Below are positions 18,308 to 27,125 of a DNA stretch of 56,274 nucleotides, one piece after another. How positions within the stretch are numbered: position 1 is the first letter of the stretch; each line of letters opens with the position of its first letter. Under the pieces are notes generated by a model. The model had not been told where the DNA came from. It saw nothing but the letters and a program-made list of their open reading frames with translations, and did no database searches. This DNA comes from a virus (lineage: Duplodnaviria; Caudoviricetes). A program made the translations under genes and the position numbers. The stretch covers positions 1 through 56,274 of the IMG/VR virus record IMGVR_UViG_3300029258_003568; one strand, written 5' to 3'.

Positions 18308-19753
18308 TTATTGGTGTGGTTCCAGCCGGATGTATGTTATCTGCCGGTTCTCTATTCCGATTCGGATGCCGATCTCGAGGAGTGCGGTGTTGATTTCCAG
18401 GTTGGTCATGTCGGGACGGTTGGCCAGGAGGTGAGTGATGGTTTGTTGGCTGACGCCCAGGTCCGGGATGTTGGTGAGTCGCGCCTCGAGGGTCGCTCTC
18501 TCTGTTTGTAGTTTGTCTAGATCCTCGAGTAGGATGTCGTCCGAGGTGCGATACATTTGCGGGTCGAGGTGGCCAGAGGCGAGGGCGAGGGCGAGGCGCT
18601 GTCGTTTTTGTTCGAGGTTCTCGAGGGTGCGTCCGATTTCGGCCAGGCGGGTGGGCAGGTCGCGGGTGTCGTGGGAGGTCAGGGCGGCGGCGAGGGCGTC
18701 CAGGTTATTGTGATCGGCCAACCAGGTGAGGAGGGTCTTCAGTACGAGGTCTTCTTTGATCTGGTTATTGTGGCAGGTGCGGCTGTGCTGATGTGTGCTG
18801 CATCGGAGCCGGTAAGCCCGGCTGCTTCTGCGGATCATGTTGCCGCCACAACGACTACAGATGGCTACCTGGTAAAGTGGCGAGCCGGCACCGCGCCGGC
18901 CCGTACGCTTCTCGCGCCGGCCGCGTTCTCTGAGGACGGCTCGATAGGTGTCGGTGTCCCAGAGCGCGGGAAAGTGAGCCGAGGGTTGGCTGTTCCTGAC
19001 GTCGCCGGCGGTGACGTAGCCGGCGTATATGTCGTTGAGCATCATGTCGCGGACTGTGCCATATCGCCAGGTCTGCGCGTAGGGCGGACGGTGGATTGAT
19101 GCGTCCAAGACGGTGGCAATGCTTTGATAGGTCTCGCCACGCAAGTACAGGCCGGTGGCGAGTTTGACAGCTCCGATGTGGTCGTCGAATTCGGCGCCGA
19201 TGGTTTTGCCTCGATCGTCGCGGACGGCGCGGTAGCCGAGTGGCCAGTGGTTGAGATGGAGTCCTCGCTGAATGCGTTTTCTGATGCCGGCTTTGTAGTA
19301 GCGCACCCGGCGCCGTTGCTCTTCGCCGGCGCGCACGCTTTGGATGGCGTAGACGTAGCGCGCGCCAACGGTCTTTTGACCAATGGTGTGTGGGGCGCTG
19401 GCCAGGTAGACTTCGGCGCCGGATTTTTCGACGAGGCTGACGACTTGGTTGGAGAGGGCGGGATCGCGGCCGAGCCGGTCGGGGTCGATGGCGTGGAGTA
19501 TGTCAAGGTTGGCGTTTTCGCAGTCCTGGCGGAGCTGGCGGTAGGCGGGCATGGTGGCTTCGGCGTCGGTCCAAAAGATGAGATCGCGGGTGTGACCGGG
19601 GATGCGGTAGATACGGACGATGTGGCCGCCGATGGCTCGGGCGAATTCCCGGCCGGCACGCTCTTGGTCTTCCAGGCTGATTTTGTCGTCGCCGGCCTGG
19701 TGCTTGGAGGAGACGGCGCACCAGATGGCGATGCGGACGGGCCGGTCGGTCAT
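18308..19753 (-). CDS. int: Large serine recombinase (integrase)
   Basis: N-terminal AIWCAVSS..Q, DPDRLGR, recombinase domain (PLGY, NDIYAG), Zn ribbon CSRC..RC..C, coiled coil. Confidence 0.9.
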   Translation of the reverse strand: MTDRPVRIAIWCAVSSKHQAGDDKISLEDQERAGREFARAIGGHIVRIYRIPGHTRDLIFWTDAEATMPAYRQLRQDCENANLDILHAIDPDRLGRDPALSNQVVSLVEKSGAEVYLASAPHTIGQKTVGARYVYAIQSVRAGEEQRRRVRYYKAGIRKRIQRGLHLNHWPLGYRAVRDDRGKTIGAEFDDHIGAVKLATGLYLRGETYQSIATVLDASIHRPPYAQTWRYGTVRDMMLNDIYAGYVTAGDVRNSQPSAHFPALWDTDTYRAVLRERGRREKRTGRRGAGSPLYQVAICSRCGGNMIRRSSRAYRLRCSTHQHSRTCHNNQIKEDLVLKTLLTWLADHNNLDALAAALTSHDTRDLPTRLAEIGRTLENLEQKRQRLALALASGHLDPQMYRTSDDILLEDLDKLQTERATLEARLTNIPDLGVSQQTITHLLANRPDMTNLEINTALLEIGIRIGIENRQITYIRLEPHQ

Positions 19754-19757
19754 GGCT

Positions 19758-19771
19758 ATTTCCCGGGAAAT
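19758..19771. promoter_or_regulatory. NBS/parS-like palindrome copy 2
   Basis: ATTTCCCGGGAAAT in the 21-bp gap before the integrase start. Confidence 0.8.
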
Positions 19772-19774
19772 GTG

Positions 19775-20875
19775 TCACTCATCATCTGCTGAGTATATGT
19801 CTGTGAGGTGAATGTTTTTCCCGTCGTAGGTCCCAATGATTACGACGTATTGTCCAAAATACGATCTGACTAGATCGTCTAGTCCTTCTTCTACTAATAC
19901 ATTGTATTCGTTGTCATCTGTGGTCAGGCCGATGATGTCTTTTTGTCGGGATGTTGCGTAATCGAGCAGTCCTTTTACTTTTATCGGGGTGTGTTTCACG
20001 TCCTTTTCATCGGATTCGGGGGGTGGCAATACGATGTCTCTGCGCTGTCTTGTCAGGGTGACAGATTGCTTTGTGCTGGCAAAGCCCACCAGGCTGACTT
20101 TTTCACCGTCGGGTGCTACATCTCGGGCCATAGATACAAAGTGTCGATAGTATGCTTGTTCGGGGATGCGTTCTTTTAGTTTGTCTTCGTTGGATTTGCT
20201 GATGTGTTCGATCCCTGTTAAAAATTCGTCGATCACTTGTGCTGCGTCGAAAAACAGGGGCATTTGTCTGTGGTCTTCTGTGCGTATGAGCTTGAAGGCT
20301 ATGGCAAAACTGTGTTGATCCGGGATTACTAATGCCTGGGTAAAGGGTTTATATATCTGTGCGACTCGGCCCGCTCGCTGATAGTTTCTGTGCATCAATC
20401 GCTGTACGGTCCGATCAATTAGGGAGCGGGTCTTTTCGATTCTGCTGATGAATTCGCTGTAGAGGATCATTCCAGGGCCGACGGCCTTGCCCTGCAGGGA
20501 TAATTGTAGGGCTTCATCTTCGAGCTCTTCTCCACGTTCTTGAAGGTGCAATTGGAATTCGATTTGTTCGTATAGATTTTTCAGGTCTTGTTCTGTTTTT
20601 GAAGGGGGATAGCCAGATAGGCCCTGGGCGACGAGTCGTTGGGCGGCATGGAGTTCTTTGCATTGATATGCGAGGGAGGCCGCGCTAAGATATAGGATGG
20701 AGCGTGTGGGTTCTGATGATGCATGATGTGGAATAAGGTCTGCCGCCTGGGATTCGTACTCATAGGCCTGGTATGCCAGGGTTGTGGTCTTTTCTAGATT
20801 TCCTTCATGATGGGCCACCATGGCCAGTTGGGCCAGTTTCATGGCTTCATTATGTAGCTCACGAACGTTGCTCAT
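19775..20875 (-). CDS. TPR-like N-domain protein, partner in a putative defence or toxin-antitoxin pair
   Basis: RELH..AM.LA...EPTRSILYLSAASLA helical domain; low GC; ATGA overlap with the upstream gene. Confidence 0.7.
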   Translation of the reverse strand: MSNVRELHNEAMKLAQLAMVAHHEGNLEKTTTLAYQAYEYESQAADLIPHHASSEPTRSILYLSAASLAYQCKELHAAQRLVAQGLSGYPPSKTEQDLKNLYEQIEFQLHLQERGEELEDEALQLSLQGKAVGPGMILYSEFISRIEKTRSLIDRTVQRLMHRNYQRAGRVAQIYKPFTQALVIPDQHSFAIAFKLIRTEDHRQMPLFFDAAQVIDEFLTGIEHISKSNEDKLKERIPEQAYYRHFVSMARDVAPDGEKVSLVGFASTKQSVTLTRQRRDIVLPPPESDEKDVKHTPIKVKGLLDYATSRQKDIIGLTTDDNEYNVLVEEGLDDLVRSYFGQYVVIIGTYDGKNIHLTDIYSADDE

Positions 20876-21423
20876 ACCTTTACCATCTTTGATCGAGGTT
20901 GGCTGAATTCAACGATGATAATAAATGCCGGTAGATCACTTTTGCGGTCCAAACGTCTTAATTTTTTTCTTATTCTTCCATCAATTGTGTTGTTCTCATT
21001 TTCTTCAAGTATCCCGGAGACTTCCAGGCGGGCTGCTCGATTGAAAATCAGGTTGTTGTCTTGACTTTGTGGTGTCAAATAGTAGTCGATGGTAGTTCCT
21101 GTTCTGGCTTGTTCTACTCCTGTGAATTCGGTCAGTTCTTCTAAAAGAAGTAGTGCGATGGCACATGCTGCGTTGTCGGTTGATCGCCGGAGATCTGCAT
21201 AGCATTTTACCAGTTGGTCCGTCACTTCACCCGACCAGCAAATCTCATAGATTGGGTTGGAATCTCGATAGTTTGCTGTTAGTTTTACCCCGCTCTTGTG
21301 GCTGTTATGGTGGAAGCAGATCATGCAGTTTTGTTTATAGAAGCCTGCTGCTCCTTGCGGGATGACGGGTACTCGATCCGCTAGGGATTCCAGTGCGAGT
21401 GTCCTGGTGGGGTTTACTTTCAT
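20872..21423 (-). CDS. Putative PD-(D/E)xK-like nuclease
   Basis: GTTIDYYL...ARLEVSGI acidic motif; low GC. Confidence 0.5.
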   Translation of the reverse strand: MKVNPTRTLALESLADRVPVIPQGAAGFYKQNCMICFHHNSHKSGVKLTANYRDSNPIYEICWSGEVTDQLVKCYADLRRSTDNAACAIALLLLEELTEFTGVEQARTGTTIDYYLTPQSQDNNLIFNRAARLEVSGILEENENNTIDGRIRKKLRRLDRKSDLPAFIIIVEFSQPRSKMVKV

Positions 21424-21434
21424 TTAGTATCCTC

Positions 21435-21463
21435 ATTATAGCATATTTGTTTCAAATTTTCAA
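21435..21463 (-). promoter_or_regulatory. Near-consensus sigma70 promoter of the moron
   Basis: TTGAAA-17bp-TATAAT with extended TG, 11 nt before the ATG. Confidence 0.75.
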
Positions 21464-21467
21464 CAGT

Positions 21468-22193
21468 TTACTTTGCGGTGATGCTAAATTCAACCGTTGT
21501 CATGTCGTCTTTGGGGGTGATGACCAGGATGATTTCGCGGTTGTTGTATGTGGTTTTTGATTCTCCCATATTGTTCAGGTTTTGGTTCAACCATGCGGTG
21601 CCCTCCGGCCAGTCCGGGGCGGCGATTGTTAGCAGTGTCGCCAGGTATGTCATGGTGCGTCCGGCCTGGCTTTCGGTCGGGGGTTTGGGTACGTTGATGG
21701 TGATGGATGCGCAGGTGATGTCTCCTTCGGGTCCGACCAGGTCGACGATGGCCAGGTCGTCGCTGATGGTTCCGATATAGTGCTGGTCGGTCTCCAGGTT
21801 GAAGGTGAATTCAAAGAGTTGATATGGCTGCGCGGCGTCGGCTCTGGTTGTGCCCAGGCCCGCCGGTGGGGGGGTGTCGGTGGGTGCGGGGGTGTGGGTG
21901 CTTGTGGGTTCTGGTGTGTTGGTCAGTTGGGGGGTGTCGGTGGGCTGGGGAGTGGGGGTTGGTTGGGGGGTGTCGGTAGGTTGAGGGGTAGCGGTGGGTG
22001 GGGGTGTGTCGGTGGGTTGAGGCGGCTCCGATGTTGGGGTGGCGGTGGGGATGGGTGTGCCGGTGGGCGGGGGGATGGATGTGTCGGTGGGTGCGGGTGT
22101 GTCGACGGGTGCGGGTGTGGCTGTGGGGGTTGGGTTGCAGCCGGTTGATAATGAGAGCAGGGCGATGAGCAGGATGGCGACTTTTGCTTTCAT
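21468..22193 (-). CDS. Pro/Thr-rich lipoprotein
   Basis: MKAKVAILLIALLSLSTGC lipobox, PTDTPQP repeats, AAGGAG RBS. Confidence 0.85.
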   Translation of the reverse strand: MKAKVAILLIALLSLSTGCNPTPTATPAPVDTPAPTDTSIPPPTGTPIPTATPTSEPPQPTDTPPPTATPQPTDTPQPTPTPQPTDTPQLTNTPEPTSTHTPAPTDTPPPAGLGTTRADAAQPYQLFEFTFNLETDQHYIGTISDDLAIVDLVGPEGDITCASITINVPKPPTESQAGRTMTYLATLLTIAAPDWPEGTAWLNQNLNNMGESKTTYNNREIILVITPKDDMTTVEFSITAK

Positions 22194-22225
22194 CGATGTG
22201 TTCTCCTTTTGGCTTTTTGGGGATG

Positions 22226-22281
22226 AAAAAACCGGCATTGAACACCACAGGCGGGTGTGCTGCTGTGGTGTTCAAGCCGGT
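22226..22281 (-). terminator. Long hairpin plus U6 upstream of the lipoprotein RBS
   Basis: accggc-a-ttgaacaccacag...ctgtggtgttcaa-gccggt. Confidence 0.65.
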
Positions 22282-22400
22282 GAGCGGGTGTGCAGGCCGG
22301 TTTGGTTGACATGTTCAAGCTCTTCGGTTTCTGGTTCAAAGGTTAAAAAAGGTTAGAATGGTTTGGCGAGTGAGGTTATGTGTGTTTGTGTTTCGGTTGT

Positions 22401-22577
22401 TTATGCAATTTCGATCAGTATTTGTTGCTCTAGTTCTTGCCTGGCGTCATAGATAGATGTTTCCAGAATGTCGAGTGCCCGCGCTCGGCGTTCTGGTGTG
22501 AGTGTGCTCAGCGAGGCAAGGATCTCTATCCATAGCCGGATGAGAGATGTTCTCTGGCCGAGCGATGTAACCTCCAA
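22401..22577 (-). CDS. 58-aa hypothetical protein (not in the ORF track)
   Basis: GGAGAGAGG then TTG; MEVTSLGQRTSLIRLWIEILASL... Confidence 0.45.
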   Translation of the reverse strand: MEVTSLGQRTSLIRLWIEILASLSTLTPERRARALDILETSIYDARQELEQQILIEIA

Positions 22578-22623
22578 CGTGCCTCTCTCCCTGCGTCCCC
22601 CCTATTAACTTGTGCCCATTATA

Positions 22624-23172
22624 TTATGCCCCCTCGTGCTTGTGGGGGTTTTTGATCTCCTCTCCTTCGGGTTGGTCGCCAAGTTCACGGACGAGTTGGC
22701 GCACGGCTAGCGCAAGTAGCGGTTTGGCGGCGTCTGGTGTTGCGTCCCAGATGCGGCTGAGGCGTGCGACCCAGGGTTCGAATGCTTCTTCAGGCAAGTG
22801 CTCTGATGGCGGGTAGTCGGGTTCTACGGGTTCTCTTTTCTGTTTTTCCTCTATGGTTGCTCGAAGTTGTGTTATGACGTCTTTCTTCTTCCAATTCGGG
22901 GTCACGTCCCATAATGCCTCAAAAGTCTCAAAACCTTCGGATGATCCTGAGATGAATCCAGCTTGTTCCCACAGTTGAGCCCAAGAGACCTGCAACGCGC
23001 GACATAGCCCCTCTGCCATTTCGACGGTAGGAAATTTGTGCGCGTTTTTGCGTTTGCCGATAGCCCCAGGGGCAAAGCCCGATCGCCTTTCCAATTCACG
23101 GAATGAGTTCAATCCAAGCTCATCTATTCGTCTGTTCACCCACTGCCAGAATTTGTCGACATCTTTCTTCAT
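22624..23172 (-). CDS. XRE-family HTH repressor (CI-like) 1
   Basis: SFRELERRSGFAPGAIGK...PTVEMAEGLCRALQV. Confidence 0.8.
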   Translation of the reverse strand: MKKDVDKFWQWVNRRIDELGLNSFRELERRSGFAPGAIGKRKNAHKFPTVEMAEGLCRALQVSWAQLWEQAGFISGSSEGFETFEALWDVTPNWKKKDVITQLRATIEEKQKREPVEPDYPPSEHLPEEAFEPWVARLSRIWDATPDAAKPLLALAVRQLVRELGDQPEGEEIKNPHKHEGA

Positions 23173-23232
23173 ATTGTAGCTTATTTTACACTAGTATCTG
23201 TAGAAATTGGGAAACAATTTTGATGAAAACTA

Positions 23233-23261
23233 TTGACAATGAAAGAAAGCTGTGGTATACT
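23233..23261 (+). promoter_or_regulatory. Rightward sigma70 promoter
   Basis: TTGACA-17bp-TATACT with extended TG. Confidence 0.85.
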
Positions 23262-23331
23262 GATTCCAGTAGTCCGTGTTATTGATGAAATATGGAATCA
23301 CATTTAATGCCTAATGATAGGAACCTGAGTT

Positions 23332-23526
23332 ATGGCCGTAGGCAACAATAGCAAGTGGGTGAACACTGAACTGAAGGGTGAGTTGGTGCAGGAGTTCGAG
23401 CTGGTCAAAAGGTATTATGGCATCGGCAGCAATGCGGACGTGGTCCGGTTTTTGATCAGGAAGGAGATCCGGCAGATTCAGTTGATGGCGCTGCCGGGTG
23501 AGGGTGTCGTCGAGGAGGCGGTGTGA
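23332..23526 (+). CDS. Ribbon-helix-helix-like regulator in a Cro position
   Basis: SNADVVRFLIRKE helix; divergent from the repressor. Confidence 0.65.
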   Translation: MAVGNNSKWVNTELKGELVQEFELVKRYYGIGSNADVVRFLIRKEIRQIQLMALPGEGVVEEAV

Positions 23527-23660
23527 CTTGGCTTTCGCCGCCTGGCCGTTGGGCCGGGCGGGGGCGGTCAAGGATGCCGCCTTCTTTTTCTCCTCCTTGT
23601 TCTGGGGCGAGGCCGGCCGGGGCACCCGGTCTCGCCCTCCATAGGAGATGGTATGATCAG

Positions 23661-23993
23661 CTACTGGCCTCTCAGCCGCCACTTTGCAAATTCCAAGACG
23701 AGATCTTGTTCTTCCTGGGGCAGCCGCCTCACTACTTCTGCCACTTCCTGGGCCGTCCGGTCGCCGCCGGGCAGAGAAGGCAACAACCCGGCTCGCCGGA
23801 GGACATATTCGGGTGGTTCTCTGAATGCGCGGGCGATGCCAAGGCAAAAGTCAAGACCAGGGTTAGACTGACCACCCAGGACCATAGAAATGGTGGAGGT
23901 CCTTAACTCAGCCCGTCTTGAGAGTTCTGACTGTGACCATCCATTTTCCCGGAGTGTATCTATAATCCATTTATTGAAAGAATTGTTCATCAT
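23661..23993 (-). CDS. XRE-family HTH repressor 2
   Basis: WSQSELSRRAELRTSTISMVLGGQSNPGLDFCLGIARAF. Confidence 0.85.
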   Translation of the reverse strand: MMNNSFNKWIIDTLRENGWSQSELSRRAELRTSTISMVLGGQSNPGLDFCLGIARAFREPPEYVLRRAGLLPSLPGGDRTAQEVAEVVRRLPQEEQDLVLEFAKWRLRGQ

Positions 23994-24047
23994 GCTGAAA
24001 GTATATCAGCAAACTTTATAGAAACATCGAGCAATTTGTTCAACTCC

Positions 24048-24076
24048 TTGACAAATACGCCAAACTGTGGTACAAT
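24048..24076 (+). promoter_or_regulatory. Second rightward sigma70 promoter
   Basis: TTGACA-17bp-TACAAT with extended TG. Confidence 0.85.
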
Positions 24077-24113
24077 GTTCAACAGAGCGAGTATTTTGCT
24101 AGAGGTAATGAAA

Positions 24114-24287
24114 ATGACCGACGAGAGGTTGACAGAAGCCATTAGGGTAAGAATGCCGCCCAGTTTGTTGAGAGCAATTGAAGAACAAGCCAAAAGGGAG
24201 CGGCGCAGTGTTTCGGCGATGGCTCGCATTCTGATGCAGCGTGCTATTACCTCTTGTGTACTACAAACCGCCTCGGACAAAGTATAG
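24114..24287 (+). CDS. Arc/CopG-like ribbon-helix-helix regulator
   Basis: IRVRMPPSLLRAIEEQAKRERRSVSAMARILM. Confidence 0.8.
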   Translation: MTDERLTEAIRVRMPPSLLRAIEEQAKRERRSVSAMARILMQRAITSCVLQTASDKV

Positions 24288-24299
24288 GAGGGAGATGAG

Positions 24300-24407
24300 A
24301 TGATCAAACGGATTTACGAGCTCGTTTGGGCGTGGATGAGGCGGCTTATTACGGGCAGGGAGCTTTCCCAGGAGTTAGGGTATCTGTTGATCGGGTTGTG
24401 GCTCTGA
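24300..24407 (+). CDS. 35-aa hydrophobic/amphipathic peptide
   Basis: AGGAGGGAG RBS; MIKRIYELVWAWMRRLITGRELSQELGYLLIGLWL. Confidence 0.45.
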   Translation: MIKRIYELVWAWMRRLITGRELSQELGYLLIGLWL

Positions 24408-24581
24408 TGACTCTCCCTCTTGGGCCGGTCTGGTTGGGGTGACCGGCCCAGGGGGGAGCGCCGGAGGAGGCGCTCTGCCAAATCCCCCCCCTTTTTACGC
24501 GCGCGGGTGGGACAACGAACTATCGGGATGCTTGTTTGGTTGGCTATGATGCAGGTCTCCCACCCGCGCGGTGGTTGAACT

Positions 24582-24830
24582 TTACAAATTCTCCTCGCTC
24601 GGGGATGGTAGGTTTTCGGGGCCGCCTATGATTTCAATAAAGTAGTTTCGTTGCTGCTTCAGTAAGTCAAATATCTCGGAAAAGATGTCGCGCAGCACTC
24701 CATCCGGCTCACCGTCTACCAATCCTCTGATGTGATTTGTGATTTCGGTTGTGATTCTGTCATAGTGTTCTATGTCCCGTTCTCGTCGGGCATGGGTCTG
24801 CTGTTTCAATTTGTCAACTTTGTTTTGCAT
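24582..24830 (-). CDS. Hypothetical helical protein
   Basis: AAGGAGG RBS before the ATG at 24830. Confidence 0.6.
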   Translation of the reverse strand: MQNKVDKLKQQTHARRERDIEHYDRITTEITNHIRGLVDGEPDGVLRDIFSEIFDLLKQQRNYFIEIIGGPENLPSPSEENL

Positions 24831-24907
24831 GGCAACCTCCTTGCTCGATATGGCTGGAATTTCTTTATATTCTATCATGATCCTTAAGGAAAAGAAAGGA
24901 GGCATTC

Positions 24908-25153
24908 ATGGCAGTTTCAAATGCAACGTTGCAGGAGTTGCGGGAGGCGAGTATAAAGAGGAAGAGGGACGAGATCACGGTCGAGTTGACGGTCAAGGAA
25001 TTCTGTGCGTTGAATCGGCTTCGATTGCCCGACGTTCGCTCTCACGGTGATGAAATCCGCTGGTTGATTCGGGAGGAGGCCAAACGGCGCGGGGTCTGGG
25101 AGTTGGACTCGCACGTTGAGGCTGGCCGGGAGGAGGAGCAGGATGAGAATTAA
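24908..25153 (+). CDS. RHH-like hypothetical regulator
   Basis: AAGGAGG RBS; SHGDEIRWLIREEA resembles the 23332 product. Confidence 0.55.
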   Translation: MAVSNATLQELREASIKRKRDEITVELTVKEFCALNRLRLPDVRSHGDEIRWLIREEAKRRGVWELDSHVEAGREEEQDEN

Positions 25154-25856
25154 GAGCGTGACGGTTGGGTTGGGTATAACTGAGAGTCTGCCGGGGACGT
25201 ACGGCAATGTCAAGCCGAGCCTGACGTTGACGGCCGAATTGGACCCGGGGGAGGATGCCAACAGGGTGATCCAGACCCTGGATGCACAGGTCACCGGCTA
25301 TTGTTATGCCAAGATAGATAACGCTCTGGAGATGGAGGGAGAGTCGCCCAAGTTCTACACGGGCACGCTTTTCCGACTGGCTTTCTGGTCGCAGCGGGGT
25401 GACTTGTACATTCTGCCGGCGGGTACTCGCCTGAAGGATCTGCCGGGGAAATGGTCCTGGCAGTGCCAGGGGATGCGCCTGCAAACGGTCCGCGCGCGGG
25501 CTGCCGCCACGCAAGACAAAGATATGGACGTGCTGGACCATTCCGACGGTAACTTTGACGAGATCCACGATTGGTGGGCGGCGCTGGATTGGTACGTGGT
25601 GTATCATCTCATCGTCTGGCGCGACAGGTGGGATTGGTATCCAAAGCAATTCATCCTCGTGCCTTACGATTTGGTGGAGGAAGGCGACGAGCCAGACGGT
25701 CTAGAGACGTTCGACATGACACCTCGCCTGTTGGAAGACCACACCCGCAAAATCGAGAAGGATTGGATCGTGGTGCGGGATCGTCAAAAACTGGACGACC
25801 TCGTGAGGGAGTGGGTGGCTGAGCATCCCCGGCCGTCGGACAGCCAGTTCCAGTAG
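25143..25856 (+). CDS. Hypothetical early protein
   Basis: GGAGGAG RBS; coupled ORF. Confidence 0.6.
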   Translation: MRIKSVTVGLGITESLPGTYGNVKPSLTLTAELDPGEDANRVIQTLDAQVTGYCYAKIDNALEMEGESPKFYTGTLFRLAFWSQRGDLYILPAGTRLKDLPGKWSWQCQGMRLQTVRARAAATQDKDMDVLDHSDGNFDEIHDWWAALDWYVVYHLIVWRDRWDWYPKQFILVPYDLVEEGDEPDGLETFDMTPRLLEDHTRKIEKDWIVVRDRQKLDDLVREWVAEHPRPSDSQFQ

Positions 25857-25867
25857 GATGTGTCGCC

Positions 25868-26086
25868 ATGCAGGTTACGGTGCAGCTGACGATGACAATC
25901 GAACAACAATCCGGGCCGTCGCCGGAAAAAAAGACCGGGATCTTTCAGGGGTACATTCCGGCGATTACGGAGGAGCAGGCGAGGATGCTGTTCGAGCGCA
26001 AGTATGGCCGGCCACCGGAGATGGTCGTCCGGACGGGAGGCTCGATCAATGCGGGTCCTCTGACGGAAGAGGAGGCCAAGCGGTGA
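25868..26086 (+). CDS. Hypothetical protein
   Basis: ORF in the early operon. Confidence 0.55.
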   Translation: MQVTVQLTMTIEQQSGPSPEKKTGIFQGYIPAITEEQARMLFERKYGRPPEMVVRTGGSINAGPLTEEEAKR

Positions 26087-26364
26087 ACAAGTGTCCCGGT
26101 TGCGGTGGGCCGACTTTTGTGGATGAATCGAATCCGCGTTACAGATGGTGTCCTGCTTGCCGGCGCCATGCGTGGATGGCGGTGAACGGTTTCACGGTCA
26201 ATGTGTGGATGGAACAGTCGCACGAGGAGCAGTTGCACTGGTTGGATCGAGTTGGTGTGGGTCGTCTCAGGGTAGGGATGGCAGGGCTGGTTCTCGCCCG
26301 GTCGTCGGGCGAGGCGCTGCCGCCTGGGCTGGAGGAGCACGTTAACAACAGGGTACAGAGGTAA
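26083..26364 (+). CDS. Zinc-ribbon hypothetical protein
   Basis: CPGC...CPAC; GTGA overlap. Confidence 0.55.
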   Translation: MNKCPGCGGPTFVDESNPRYRWCPACRRHAWMAVNGFTVNVWMEQSHEEQLHWLDRVGVGRLRVGMAGLVLARSSGEALPPGLEEHVNNRVQR

Positions 26365-26553
26365 ATACATCGCCGCTTTCATCGCCATCCTCCAGTCCAG
26401 CCGGCAGTGCTTGTTTGGTTGTTAATGTTCGTTGGGTGTTGGCTCGCCGAGGGTCTCGGGTGGGTTTTCAGATTGTGCGCTCAGGTATCGTGGGAGGGCG
26501 TACCCTCCGCTCTCCCTATTTTATCACGGCAGTACGTTTCGTGGGGGTTTTCG

Positions 26554-26898
26554 ATGGTTGATTTGGCGGACGTTTGTATCGCAGTCATCGTGGGGCTGCT
26601 GATGTGGGGTGGCCATCATATTCCGTGGAGTATTATCAGGAGCGCGATTGACGAGAACGGGCTTCTCCGAAGGCCGATGGCGTACGCCTGGGGCAGCGGC
26701 TGGATCTTGGTGGCCGTGTGGGCCTGGGCGGCGCGCCGGGCAGCGTGGGACGTGGCGCTGTATGTGTCGATTGTGACGGTGGCGGCGGGGATCGGGACGA
26801 TGATCCCCCGGCTGCTGAAGGTGCTGGTAGAGCTGCCGCGCTTGCAGGAGGACCGCGAGGAGCTGCTGAGGCGGGTCGACCGCAAGGAGAAGGAGTGA
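26554..26898 (+). CDS. Membrane protein (about three TM segments)
   Basis: Hydrophobic helices. Confidence 0.6.
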   Translation: MVDLADVCIAVIVGLLMWGGHHIPWSIIRSAIDENGLLRRPMAYAWGSGWILVAVWAWAARRAAWDVALYVSIVTVAAGIGTMIPRLLKVLVELPRLQEDREELLRRVDRKEKE

Positions 26899-27080
26899 TG
26901 CTCGACACCGACTATAGTTTCCTGGGCAAGTTTTTGGAGCGGCTTTCTCGCATTGACGGATTCTCAGTCCGGCGTGTGAGCAACCACGCCGCCGGGCGGC
27001 AGCCGAAGGCCGATGGCCGGAAGAAGCGCAAGAGGAAACGGAAGCAGGCAAAGGACAGTCGCCGGCGTAATTGGAAGTAA
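26898..27080 (+). CDS. Small protein with Arg/Lys-rich C-terminus
   Basis: RKKRKRKRKQAKDSRRRNWK; AAGGAG RBS. Confidence 0.6.
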   Translation: MLDTDYSFLGKFLERLSRIDGFSVRRVSNHAAGRQPKADGRKKRKRKRKQAKDSRRRNWK

Positions 27081-27125
27081 GGACGGCCGCCGTCGTCCAG
27101 GCTTCATCGTAGAAAGGCGGTCAAC

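Noticed and set aside
21860-22140. G-rich tandem repeats as a G-quadruplex or array element
   Set aside because: Fully explained by Pro/Thr codons of the minus-strand lipoprotein
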